Shown here piece by piece: positions 25,001-37,328 of a DNA stretch of 64,000 nt (positions are counted from its first letter, which is position 1; each line of letters begins with the position of its first letter). This DNA comes from Ramazzottius varieornatus. Lineage: Eukaryota; Animalia; Tardigrada. The stretch is taken from contig BDGG01000001.1 of NCBI GenBank assembly GCA_001949185.1, forward strand, positions 5,135,624 to 5,199,623, read 5' to 3'. Under the pieces are notes generated by a model. That model had not been told where the DNA came from and ran no database searches. It saw only the letters and a list, made by a program, of their open reading frames with translations. Position numbers and translations under genes: made by a program.

Positions 25001-28000
25001 CAGTTGACCGCTAAGGCTGCGCACAGACTCGGCCACAGAGTGCAAGAGCGCAGGGGGCACCGTTCCAAGCACCCCACACATTTTCGGTGCTTCCAGCTTA
25101 CTCATCACAGCTTTGTGACCTGTGGTCGAAACTTTCTGCTGACTTGAGAGTCATGTTCCTCGAGGTCTGTTTTATGGAGATACCCATGTTTCTGAATGCT
25201 ATGCTAGTCACCAGCCCAATTTTCTAAGATTTCTCTCACGATGCTTTAATGCAGGATTTCGTACCTTTTTCTTTTTCGGCTGGTGCTTCGGGTGGAGGTT
25301 GGAGTGCTGTCTCGACGGCTTCATGGACCAAGTCAGCCACACTAATAACTTCCAAATTGTACATAGTGGCCAGCTTGTTGACGACGGCCAGCTTTAGTGG
25401 ACTACTCCGTTTGCCGACAACCCATACACTAACGAACTTGCAGGCAAACTTGAACTCTGGTATCGGATCAGGTCGCCACTCCTCACTGTTCAAGCAACAA
25501 GACAAAATGTGACCGAGATAGCGACGTTCCTGCACTACGTTCCCCACGAACTCAGTCATCCACCCTGTAAAACCGATATCGACACCCAAGTGCAATATAC
25601 GTACGAGTGCGTAGTGCGCAGAACCAAACAGTTCCTCGAGACTTTCTCCAGCCTCGTTTTCTGGACTATAAGGAGAATACAGCGGTGTTGTCAGGGCATG
25701 GTGAAGGGGCAAGGTCGAACTCTTTGCCTTCCGCTCATCCGAATTCTCCTATTTTGAACCGGTGTGGAATTTCGGTCTTTATCTATGAAACCGAGTCAAC
25801 ACTGAAAGACGCGGATGAGCGGAAGGGGAAAAGTTCGACCTGACAGCTCCACCATACCTGACATTTCCACTATGTTTTCCTCGTAGTCTTGAAGGATCAT
25901 CCCTATGTGAATTTCGTTATTTTTGTGATAGATCTTACCAAGTTCTTCGTAAGGGAAAGCAGTCGAAATTTCCCGGTATTCTTCCAGCTCGACATCGTCC
26001 CAAAATAGTGTGATTTGATCTGACGAATAATTGTCTTCCAAGATTGCCGGCTCAGGTTCTATTACAGGTTCATCGAACATCGGCTCTGGGTCCGGTTCTT
26101 CCCTCACCAGCGGTCCTTCGGGCTCTCCAAATTGTGCTTCCGGGTCAATCATCATTGTGAAATCTTCTCCCGCTTCTTTCGCCACCCTCCCGGCCATCAT
26201 GGAGAAGTTCGTCTCGTAATTTTCCCACAAGATCTGATTACACATGTTGTACTCTCGACTGAATATCTGATAGATCTCCGGGAAGTACCTCACGCTGGCC
26301 TTTTCACACCACTCTTTCAGTTTGTCTTCGCTGAGCAAATAATCTCCCAGCATGTCCCAAAAGCCTTCATTGACCATGGCTTTCACGTATTCGTACTGTC
26401 GTTCTTCATTTTCTTCCTCCCTTTTCCTAATCTTCCTGCACATCCCATCGAACTCTTCCCGCCTCTTGTACAACAAAGCCAGCGCCTGTTTCCTGTCTTC
26501 TTCTGCCTTCGCGTTGATTTTCCTAATCAACTGTATTGATTGTTGTTCCTCCCTCTCTCGTTTCTTTTCAATCAGAAGATCCATCCATAAGGCCTGCGCG
26601 TGCTTAGCCGCTTCATTCTTCTTGGCTTTATACTCCTCTGCCTTTTGTTTGATGCTGGTGAGATAACTTTTTTTACTGAAACTACTCGAGCTTTTTTTCG
26701 GCTTGATCACAGTGGACTCATGTAATGTCGCGAAAAGTACCGGCGGATCGGCTTCGACTGGCGCCATCAGCATGTCTTTCTTTGCCTGTAGGTTAACAGC
26801 TGACTTTGATTGCTTGATGCCATGGATGGATGGAGCACGAGTAGACAACTGTTCAGATTCCTTCGGTACACGCTGAGCGCTTTTACTCGTATGAAGTTCA
26901 GGTGACTTCGGGTCCGTCCGTGTCCGACCTTTGGATGGCGACGACGGCGAAGAGGCTTCAGGATGTGGGGGTTCAACTACAGGTGGTGGAAGTGGAGGAT
27001 GGCGAACCTTGTCAACCTTCTCATCGAATTCATCAAGTTCATGCTGGACGGCACCTTCCCAGTCTGAGTGATACTTCGTCCGTTCCATCGCATCTGCTCT
27101 GAAAACTGCTGTCAAATGTGATAAAATTCTAAGTCATCAACAAGAGAACGGTAGGGTGAGAAAACCGTTACCTTAGTGGGACTGAAGCCATGTCGATGCT
27201 GGCTTCCATATCTGGCTTCTTTTCGAGGAAGTGGCGGATTCTGGCTTCAGCCTGTCGACAACGGTCTTCTCCCGGTATATGGTATCTATCGTCCATCGCT
27301 TTGTAGGTCTCGTAGTCCATATTCGAGACTGCCAGAAAATTCATCCATGAACCCTGGAAGACAAAACCGTATCAGAAGAGTTCGTGAGTCCACCAGAGCA
27401 CTGGCCTATCTGACGCGAAGTATGGTGTCCCAGGTGTGACGTCATTGCGAGCGCGGCCCTGAGCCAGACCGCCCAGCTAGTTTTTCGTCAGCGCCATGCG
27501 TCAATCAACAGGCACACAGCAAATCACAACAACCGTACCTTGCGTTGGAATTTCTCGGCTTTGTCAATCATCCACTTAGGATCTCGCATTGGCAGAACTT
27601 TTAGGATTTTCAAAAGGTTGTAGGCAAAATATTCCGCCGTGCCTCGGGCCATCTGCCAGATATAAACAGCCATTCATGTGGCGTTAAACAGATGGAAAAA
27701 AGGCGGAGGCTACTGTACAGCCAATACATTCTGGGAAATATCAGGTGGAACAGCTCAATAATACCTGCCTGCATCAACTTCTTAACGTCTTCCAAAGATA
27801 GACGCAAATCGACGTCCTCCAACGCCGGTAAAATCCGGGAAAAATTCCGTATTTTGACCGCTTCATCTCTAAGAAAACAAAACCGTCCCATCGGACCCGT
27901 CTAGGTTTGTTCCAGCCACGGCCAAAGGACAAATACTCACCTGGCGTTCTCGAAGAACGCGAAATCCGGCTGCAGTCCAAACTTCTGAAGTATTTCGCCG

Positions 28001-28171
28001 ATAAGGTATCCATTAGCAAAGCTGGACGCAAAGTTGAAGTCATCTAAAAACCACGAATTATGTATAACTTCCGAGGGACGGATCTGAACGAAACGAAGGA
28101 TCAACGCCATTACCTAGTGTGGTTGATAACCCAATGCGTTGATTCAGTATTTTCTTCAGTTCGCGCGCCAT
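19085..28171 (-). CDS. SPEF2: Sperm flagellar protein 2-like (CH domain, coiled coil, degenerate adenylate-kinase-like region), multi-exon
   Basis: ATG at 28171 (MARELKKILNQRIG), CH domain FANGYLIGEILQKF...NFSRILPAL, a K/E-rich coiled coil, VVGKRSS..EVISVADLVHEA, VDPNLLIDLL and GWIITDFP. The ORF blocks are joined by GT-AG introns down to the stop at 19085. Confidence 0.8.
22435..22903. mobile_element. MITE in a SPEF2 intron
   Basis: ~45-bp imperfect TIRs (CACG..GAG(G/A)TATTACGGGCCAG...AATTACGGGCCA), with TA on both flanks. Confidence 0.85.
23058..23809. mobile_element. Foldback-type MITE with ~270-bp diverged inverted arms, in a SPEF2 intron
   Basis: 23058-23323 aligns to the reverse complement of 23534-23809. 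Ends are GGG...CCC with TTA on the right flank (Harbinger/Tourist-like). Confidence 0.85.
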
Positions 28172-28827
28172 CCCTCCCGCGGAAAAATTGTTAGTCTAAT
28201 ACCATTCAAGACATCTTCGAAGAAGGTTCGGGAAACAAGACCGAAAATAATTACATAAGAGGACAGAAATGAGAGTGTTTTCGGTATTTTACTTCCTATG
28301 ATAACGACGATCACCGTATCTCGTAATCTGACAGCTCTGCGCGTTGATTCCCGCAGTAAGCTACCCATGCCGTAACGCAGCAACCTGCAGGTTCCGCTAT
28401 GCATGCATGGTCATTTATCCTACGTCTCGCATTCTCGTCATCTGTCTTTTTGCAGAATTTTTTGCTTTCGACTTCTCAGGCTCTTCCAAAGATCTTCATA
28501 TTGGACACAGCGCGGTCATGGTCGCAATGCACGCTTGCCGACAAAAAATACATCCGCTTGCGAAGCAACGTTCAGCCTGCAGTGTTGGTTCAAGCTCGAA
28601 GGTCTTTTTGACGAGATACGATAAAAAGTCCAGTTTGGTGAAGAACGGTTCCATAGTTTTAGGTCGAGGTTCTCGTCTTTCAGTCTTCCGGTGGGCAGAC
28701 TGACGACTGACGAGCTCACACGTCACCATCAAAGCTGTCGTTGACGGACCATACATGTGCATTGATGAGCTGCTAAACCGAGCACTGCTGAGTTGATTGA
28801 CGATGAGCACTGAGGCTGATTGATACA

Positions 28828-29340
28828 CAGGGGGTTCAACAAGTTTTAAAGCTGATTTTGTTTCAAATTACTGGTTCGTCCGAACCTCTCAACTTTTCAA
28901 AGTAAGCACCACCAACCTCTATGCAACGTGTATATGGAGAAACCCAGTCGTTAAACATTTCGCGGTAAAAATTTTTCATCAAAAGAAGCAAGGGCGTCAT
29001 CGCCAGCGCTATCGAGCTCCTCTTCGGTCGAAAATGTATTTCCCCTTAAGAGACCTTTCAGTTCTGGAAACAGCCAAAAATCGCAGGGAGATAGATCTGG
29101 AGAATAACGGGAATGAACAACAGTATCGAGTTCCCGCTCGGCCAGAAATTCCGCTGTTGCAAGTGCGCTGTGTGACTTATCGTGGTGAAGCAGTTTCCCC
29201 GAATCCCGGCTTTCGACGTCTGTTTCTCAGGATCTCACACAGAGGTTTCAAATAGTTTTCGATGAAAGACGCAGCATTTACCGGCGGTTTACCAGGTAGC
29301 TTTGCTCTGAGAATAACTCCTTTCCGATCCTGGACAAACT
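28828..29340 (-). mobile_element. mariner (DD34D) transposase 3' remnant with terminal TIR
   Basis: LLHHD..., YSPDLSPCDFWLFPELK..LRG and RCIEVGGAYFE on the minus strand, with frameshifts. A CAGGGGGTTCAACAAGTT end lies at 28828. Confidence 0.85.
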
Positions 29341-29735
29341 TCCGATCCAGGAGTGTTGGTGGACAACACATTGCATGAAGGAGAAAAGCGAAGACTAGAA
29401 ACAAACTCGCGAAAAAATTTTAAATGTATCCGAAAAGGGACAAGTCATACTTCCACACCTGATATTACCCATATCGATGGGTAGCATTAGAGGACCAGGC
29501 TTCACTGCGAATACTCGACGGGATGGCGACCACATGGCAGAGACACGAACTGAAGTCAGGACGAAAATCCATTTTGAAAGTCTTGAAAGGCCTACTGAAT
29601 TGGGCCGAGCGCGCGACCACTGGTTAGGTTTGTTCTCATGAACAGCGTGACAGCCTTCTCCCAGTCCGGACACAGCCTACTCACATTATCAAGTCGAGCG
29701 AAGCGATGTGTTTTTAAAGGGGTTGCTGGGCATGT

Positions 29736-30089
29736 TTAGTTTGACCACAAAGGAATGGCACTTTCTGGGGCGGATTCGGAGCCAAACATATTGCCCCTGG
29801 CTGGCGCGCTGAACCGGATCCAGAATTGGTGCTTGCATGTGTAGTTGATTCCTATCACGCAGCTGCATGCACAGTTATGGCCATTTACGCCCCTCTGTAC
29901 ATGTAGGTGCATGCACTGAGCTCGGCTTGTCAGGGGTGTGCCCTTGCTAGTGTCTATCACCTGCAGCACTATGGAATCGAAACGATTGCAGCACACACCG
30001 ACCGGATCGAAAGTGCAGAGAAGATTCCAGCTATGCCCACGTTCAACGGACAAGAAAACGAGAGCAGTGTGTTCGTTCTGTAATATCAC
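29736..30089 (-). pseudogene. SWIM-type zinc finger remnant, probably TE-derived
   Basis: CACSCVIGINYTCKH (29829-29873) fits CxC...CKH. The surrounding sequence is degenerate. Confidence 0.35.
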
Positions 30090-30840
30090 TCTCTGTTAAC
30101 TGCACCACAAGTCCATTGAAATTGTAACTTGTCCTGAGTGTGAGAAGAATAGCTTCACGTTGTATTAGTAAACTTGGGCAGATTGATTGTTCTTCAGTCC
30201 TGTGTTTCCCCGATGAAGTGGTGAATTAAATGAATACTACACATGATATCATGCGCCGGTTAGAATGGGGACGTTGCTGTTGGTCAAGGGGCGGTGGCGC
30301 TAGTTTTAAACCAGTCAGAAACTCCGGGATCTTTTCGCACCCCATGGTTCAATTTTGACATAAAACACGTGGTGCTGCATGTGTTATTCAAGCACGAAGT
30401 ACTTCGTACGCACAGTGATGTACAAGGCCGTTCTACGTAAAGGGACGCTTTTGTTTGAACTCACCAGACAGAACGATTTTGCCCTGAAGGAGGACGGAAA
30501 ATCGGGGCAGTTGCCCGGACCTTCGTTATCTATTGCTCCATGAAGTTCAAGGCAGTAGCAAAGACCCAGCAGTAATTCACTGATCAGTTGCTTCTGGGTG
30601 CTGTTTTCACCTTGGCCGTCAGCAGTGTGCGACTCTTCTCATTCCATCAAAGTTGTTAGGGAGACGGACTGAGGAAGGAATCACATTCACCACGGATCGT
30701 ACCGGTAAGTTCGCTGTCTGTTCTGTAGCGCACCTCCTGAAATCAGGGATCCGCTTCATTTCCAATCCAAAACCAATCTCGACCACTGGTCAGGAGTAGT
30801 TGAACTATTTGCATGGGAAAGCCCACTGGAGACTGGATGA

Positions 30841-30982
30841 GGCTGGGCGAAGCGAAAATAAAGATTTTCGCCCGTTTCAGCCGCGCCGAAAGTATTTTTG
30901 ATCAACGAATCAGCCGCACACGCAGCGCTGTTTTCGCTGCGGCGAAGATCGGCGAGAAGTTTTATTTTTGATTCACTGAGCC
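30841..30982. mobile_element. Small Tourist-like MITE
   Basis: ~32-bp imperfect TIRs (GGCT..G.GAA.C.AAAATAAA..TT.TCGCC) with TGA and TTA flanks. Confidence 0.6.
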
Positions 30983-31357
30983 TTATCTACTCAAAGCTCC
31001 CCATGTTGTCCTCAGCAGTATGCTGAGATCGCTTGGACGGGAAAGAAAAGTGCTGTGCTGAACAGTTTAATTTCCACAACTAATGGATTCTGCTGAAGGA
31101 GCCTCACACAGACGGTATAGTGCCTGCTCTAAAACACGGTGATTTTTCGGGCTAATCTCCTCACGGAAACTGGTCATACAGTGCAATTAGAGGCCTTGTA
31201 ATTTGCATAGATGGTTTGAGTGAACAACGATGGGTGGCCATCTCGGCAACCATTAGCTTTCAGTTTGACGGGTGGTTGTAAGGGGATTCAACACCTGCTT
31301 GACGCTATGAAAAAATTTATGATGCGGTTGACAGCGTTACACGTTTTCAGACAAATG

Positions 31358-31676
31358 GGTATTTCCACATGAGAATGCGTCCAAAGTGTTTTGGCTTCGG
31401 ATCTGTCTTTTGTGACATCAGGTTTTGCGAAACATCAAACTGCACTACAGATTCGATTTGCCGCACTTTGCCGCCGTAATGAGACCGGAACGAACGGCTG
31501 AACTTTATTGAGTTACAACTCGGGAAATGCAGGGGCTTTAACGGCGAGTCTTTCCAGTTTTTTTTAGTGTAGGTAAAAGTCGCATTTGAGTTTGGCCTCA
31601 GGGTGCAGAAACTTCGGCCCGATCCTCGAACACTTTGGTCTGAGACTGTTAGGACGCATTCTCATATGGAGATACC
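31358..31676. mobile_element. MITE
   Basis: 25-bp TIR GGTAT(T/C)TCCA(C/T)ATGAGAATGCGTCC with 2 mismatches. Confidence 0.8.
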
Positions 31677-33102
31677 TAGATTTCAGATTAACTCTAACAT
31701 AGCAGCTGTCAAACAGGGAGATCTCCAGCGGTAACCAATAAGCCCGTCTTTACTGTACATTCCCTTCGTGACACAACTGTAGAAAAATCGGTGCGTTCAT
31801 GATTGTGCGATATCTACGTTTGTTCTGACCTCACGAGTTCAATCGTGAGGTCAAAACACGTGTGTAAATAGTAGTCTGGTATGTAATCGTGTGCAACGAA
31901 GAAGTTCGCAGTCCGCAGGCCGATTTCGACCGAAATTCTAAACCCATGTCTCACCAATAGGGGCTGCTGCTGTGCACACGCGCACATACTTGGTGTGTTT
32001 GCGCATGCTGTTCATGCGGTTCAACCTGCGGTTTAGCCGATTCATAAACGGCCGGCCAAAAGTTTACCTCAGTAACACCCGCGATTCCCTTCTTGTCTCG
32101 CACTGGGAGATATTTTCACAATTTGTAGACGGACAGGATGGATTTTCTTTTACGCCATAGTGAAGCCGGTTGTTTTGATCATATAATGGGCCTGACCGGC
32201 TTCCGATGGAGAATATTTGAAAACACTATTCGATGACATATTCAAAAGTTGCGCGATTAACAGTTACAAATCGATGTCCCTTGGGCCGAGTGCCGGCCAT
32301 GCAAAATCGTCAGTCTACCGCAGCCAGGGGCGGATGACCCATAAGGCTGACGAGACGCAGCCTGTCCCCTCGACCAAATACTCAGTCTCGACAGGATGGA
32401 AATTTGGCCGCAAGACAAGCCGAAGAAATGGGAGCCTCATGAGGCAGGTCGTTCACTCGATCAAATTTTAAATATTTCCGAGCAGTTTTTCACGTTTTTG
32501 AGGTTTTCAAACCTCCAAAATCGCAAAATTTCAAATAAAAATGTCCAGTCGCAGTTTACAGTAACAGAGTTTCGAAACTGAGGTGCATTTTTGGCATGGT
32601 CGCTTTAGAAAGACATCGGTCTTCAGTTGAACGCACTATGCAATGGTTCCAGTTTTGAAGGCTTCGTGAGGCTCGCCTTAGATTTCCGTCAGCCTCGGGG
32701 CTCAAACACACGATTTTCCCAGCCTTACAGGGTGATCAGCCTTACCCATCCTCCGGACCGCAATCCCCCCCTGACCGCAGCAACCCTTATTCGGGTCATT
32801 TTACCCTACCGTGTTGGTGGAGCCTTGGCATCATCTGCAGCTGCACAGCTGAATCCGCACGCGCTTAATTTTGATTCAAGTATTTTCAAATTACTGTTTT
32901 TGGTATGCAATGCCACAACTGCAGACACAGTTTATCCGACTATCACAGAAGGTTTGAATCAGGAAAGAATGGATTTGTGACCTACTCAACAAACAGCAAT
33001 CGCGACCCTGCAATGTACTCGGCAACTGGGAAAACGACTTGTAAGCTATGTCAACCATATGTCGTCCATCATATGGGTTTCCACGGCCCGATTTGAGCCT
33101 CG

Positions 33103-33311
33103 CAGGGATGAGCAGTTATAGGATTTGGTTTCGTCCGCTTCTTTAAACATCAAATACGCTAAAAAGTTTGCTAAAGTCGAATTTTACGTGATAAATTTCA
33201 CGGACCCAGTCCTCTACCAGTTTGGGCTAAAACTCCGCTATTTCCGCTGTGGCTTGCTATCGCTTCGCTCTGGATAGTTCTGAGTGTGCCCATTACCGCT
33301 ATAGTTTCGCT
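33103..33311 (+). mobile_element. Truncated hAT end related to the element at 1-2698
   Basis: Starts CAGGGATGAGC. CCGCTATAGTTTCGCT at 33296-33311 is identical to 2617-2632. Confidence 0.6.
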
Positions 33312-33997
33312 ATATGAAGAAAGTTATTTCGGACTGGGTGATTTGGTCAATGGCAAAAACTGTTCAGGAATCGATTTTTTCATCTGGGGCAGTTAGGGGC
33401 GAGTTGAAACGGCTGATGCAGCCTTCGTGCAAAGCTCATGGGCGGCAGATGACCATTAAGAGATATCACTTCGGCAGATAAGGGTCCTACAGTGGTTATG
33501 ACTGAACTTTGAACTATCGCGAGTGAGCGAACTGAGGCCTTTCTTTGCCTTTATTTTGAGAACGTCACGTCGTGATGAAAGCTCGTACAGCACAAAGTCG
33601 ACAACAGTGATTCATACGAACGTACAAGACGAAGAGTATAGAAGGTTGAGACCAAGATGGGGAGCCTGCAAACGATCTAGGAAGAATCGTTATCTTGTGT
33701 GGCACAGTTTTCATTCCTGTTGGCGAGTAATTTGCGCCACATCATCCCGAGATCGTTGTCCATGAGTACCTCGATAAGCGGGCATTACTGCAATGTCATA
33801 ATAACGGTATGGGACAAAGCACACTCAGTGTGAAGCTAATGATGAACAGATGATCCTCCGGTACGGATAATGGTCCGGATACGGTGGCGGACCCTGAAAC
33901 AAAAATAAAACATCAGTCTCAGACAATATTCAAAAATATTCATATATCGATACGAACGTAAAGTCGAAGGAAGAAAAATTCGAAGGGATGCTGGCAT

Positions 33998-34638
33998 TTA
34001 TACATGTGGCGGCGTACTCTGCTCCATCAACCGCGTGCAACCTGTCCAGGGCGTGGCAAGGTGGGAACGTTCTGCATGGCCAGCATCACATCGCGCTGGT
34101 GGACCTGGAGAGCGTTGATTCTGCCACGTGAAACGCGGACGGTGGCGGAAAAAGCACACCAAGACCAAAGCTGCGACGAGAGCTCCAGCAGCGATTCTGT
34201 ATATGGAATGGTCGTCCATCAATGATCGCTTCTGGACATCGCAGCGGTGTTCCATCATGTTGTAGAACTCCTGGGCATATTCCACCCTTTTCACGCTAAC
34301 CCGGTCCGCTGTCATGAAGTTCCCGTATCGCTGACTAATCATCTGCAACATAGCACCTCGCACGATCACCAAGGATCTCGTACAGTAATGAGACCTCAGA
34401 AGCAAATTTTTTCCAAAAATATCTGAAGGAAATGATCATAAACAGAATTTAGTACTAGACTGTTAAGTTATCGTTTTACTCAGTAGACTTACATGCTCCA
34501 TCCCTTTGAGCATAAGGTGACAGCTGACAAGATTTGTGGAGCCACTCTGTGGAGTTAGGATAGCAAGTTGCCGAGTCCTCCTTCCGCCAGAACCATAACC
34601 ATGACGAAGGCAAACAGAACAACGCCGGCGGTGTCCAT
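33998..34638 (-). pseudogene. Pseudogenised paralog of the small membrane protein at 57397-57996
   Basis: Exon 1 (34638-34493) has a signal-like N-terminus, one stop and a 1-bp frameshift. Exon 2 starts at 34342 and contains VEYAQEFYNMMEHRC...IAAGALV. Confidence 0.7.
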
Positions 34639-34749
34639 GATTTATTCTGGGATTTAGGAAGCGGAGATACCGTAAACGAAAGAGTAGGAAGGGGAATTTC
34701 ATGTGAGGAAATATGGCAAGTAGGACGAGAAACGTTCGACAAGTGGTTC

Positions 34750-35520
34750 TTTGTGTGACTGCACGGCGTTTGCGAACGTTTTACGTCTGAAAGTCGTAGT
34801 AACACTCTTGTCTGTGATGAACCGGTGTGCGTCACCGTAACACTATGCTTCTACGCGTAGAAAAAACTGGAAGAAACATTTGATACGTTGGAGATCGCAT
34901 CGTGCGACTTCCTCATTCTATCGAAAGCGCAGTAGGAAACATTTCTTGCTCGAAATTTATAGTCCGCACTGTTATAACCTTGCTTACAAGCTTGGCAATG
35001 GCGGACAATTTGTTGAATCCCATTTGCAGCTATTTCCACAGGGAACCGGCAAAAGTAGGAAAACGTTATCCTGCAGTATGCAAAGGTTGTGGCACTTGTG
35101 TTATCAATTCCCACGTTCCCTATCTGCTTGACCATAGTCGGCAAAAATGCTCGAGCACGTCTGCTGGCCACATGGCACTTGAGACAGCAGCCTCCGCCCA
35201 GCATGCACAACCCGAGATCGCACAAGCATCGTCCGTAGCACCAATGAACCCCTGGGTTTGGTTGTGTGTTTGCACCACTTGACCTCCAACACATGGCGGT
35301 TCACGTTTATCATTTCCCGGCTGTTGATTAAATGTCTGTTGTGTAGGCCGGTAATTGACCTGCTGCAGCTGCTGGGTAAACTTTCGCTGTTGTGGCTGAT
35401 TGAATCCCTGCTGCTAATTAAAAAAGTCACGTTCCCGATTATCGGACTCATGATACAGTGTAGGAGGACGATTGACCATACGAGGCGCACTAAAGCCCGG
35501 CTGGATGTCACTAAAAGGCT
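34750..35520 (-). mobile_element. Highly degraded Gypsy-like remnant
   Basis: Q/N-rich Gag-tail-like stretch (FNQPQQRKFTQQ), integrase Zn-finger-like IQQIVRHCQACK..AFDR, and IITD. Confidence 0.3.
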
Positions 35521-35762
35521 CACCGGCCTGCTGGTTTTGTTTACCGCTGTACTTCTGTCGTTTGTTCTTGGCCAACGCTTCTAGACGCGGTGTGGCGAGA
35601 TCGATTCCCGGGTACTCTCGGAGAAATCTCGCCAGTTCTATGATGCCTGCCATGCACGCGCCCATTTGGTGCATGTCTAGCTCGAAGGATGTCACCTCAA
35701 AACCCTGCTTGGTGAACCTGATGTTTCCCCGCCCATCTATGTCAGTTTCGACGTTCCCGAAT

Positions 35763-36376
35763 TCACACAAATTGGCTCTCCCCCAACTTGAGCTGTGCCA
35801 TCAAGCTCTGCATCCATCCGACAAAGGTGTCAAAGTCGGATAGACTTAAACGCAGGGCTTCTTCCCCCGACCATGCAACATAGCCATTCTTCCTCTTAGA
35901 GTATCGGCGGAAGTCGAAAAAGAACAGCTCGTTCCAGTAGGAGAAACCGCCCGCAAAATCTTTTAGCTAAATATGATACGTAATGCCATGAGGATAGTAC
36001 AGTGCGCTCGTTACAGCTGAAAAGTCTTTTGGCTGTTCAAGGAACAAATAGTATTAAATTATGCGCAATTCGAAGGTCAGCAAAAATTTTCTGAAACAGC
36101 CCAGTTCATGTCCATTTTATTCGCCACGTCTAGTACAACGAGTTTCTGAGTCGATCAAAAGTGGATGGTCCATTGATGAACACTTAAACTTGGTAATATG
36201 AATTGGACATGGTCCGAATCCAATTATTCGTCGAAAACTCCTACAATAGTACCGAAAAGTTAGCAGGTGGCAGCACTCACCGTGAACAGGACGTTGCGTG
36301 TGTCGAAGAACTTTAGCCAGTCGACTTGTGGCTGCTCCGGATTGTCTACTGCAATCGCGTTGTAGGTTTGGGCCAT
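35763..36376 (-). CDS. Small two-exon orphan gene (99 aa), possible PC4-like ssDNA-binding fold
   Basis: Exon 36376-36281 (GTGAGT donor) joins exon 35966-35763 (TTTAG acceptor) in frame. It contains FSYWNELFFFDFRRYSKRKNG...ALRLSLSDFDTF. TATAAA at 36758-36753 and TCAGCT ~30 nt downstream. Confidence 0.5.
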
Positions 36377-37328
36377 GATGAATTTTATCGGACTGTAGCG
36401 AAGGTAAAGGGGGAGATCATGTCGCGGTCGGTGAGCGTTTGGTCGATGCGACGAAAAGTTCGGAACGTGTCGAGGATCGGACGGGGATGAAGGGCAGGAG
36501 CTGGCTCTACACGGATTTGGAAAAGCATAACGGATGGTTCGTCAGTAACGAGGAAGGAGAAATCTGGCAAAATAAGAAGCGAGGAGCTTGGCAAAATAAG
36601 CGGTAATAGAGCTTGCAGCGATCACGTAAGAAACCGTACACTTCGTTTACTTCGACAAGGCTGGAAATCTGAACTTTGACTGAAACGTTCAAAGCAACGA
36701 CAGACATGCCGGAAAATCAAGCTGATAAGAAACATTCCAGAGTTGAAGCTCCTTTATATGAATGCTTGACTCGGGAAGGTGGGTGTGATCGATTTCGAGT
36801 GTTGACTACTTGAAATGTTCCATCTTTGTTTTACTACGCTGTCGGGGTGGTGCTTTTATTCCATCCTTCTGCCGATCATATTCCAGCTCAGGTCATGAAC
36901 CTGTTGATGAACTTGTTCTCACAGAAATTACGACCTGTCGACTCATTGTCATAACGCTCACGACAGGTGATTCGACACTGCCCATAGGTCATGAACCTGT
37001 TAATGATCTTGTTTGCGCAGAAATCTCAGCCTGTCATCCCATCGGCACAAAGGCTCACAGCAACTGACCAGACTTTTGTCACTTGTTATCGCTCCACGGT
37101 AAATTATCCGGCAGTTGACACGTTTCATTTCACATGAATTCTCAGTGTTCACCGTTTCAACAAAAGAATGCTAAAAGTACATAAATTTCTCAAGTTAAAT
37201 CCACATCAAACGTCAGAAGCATCTGTAAACAAAAGCGAAAGAGAAATCTGAAGCACTGTACAGATTTGTCTGGGAAAGAACCTACCAAAAACCTGTACAA
37301 TAAATGAGTAAACGTCCGGGTTAGCACG

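Noticed and set aside
19338-27102. Numerous plus-strand Ser/Phe-rich ORFs
   Set aside because: They are antisense shadows of the Glu/Lys-rich SPEF2 exons.
31826-31853. 11-bp hairpin with a GTTCAA loop as a tRNA/SINE B-box or Helitron end
   Set aside because: There is no cloverleaf, A-box or downstream CTRR terminus.
33998-34405. Env remnant of a second retroelement
   Set aside because: It aligns much better, including intron position, with the spliced gene at 57397-57996.
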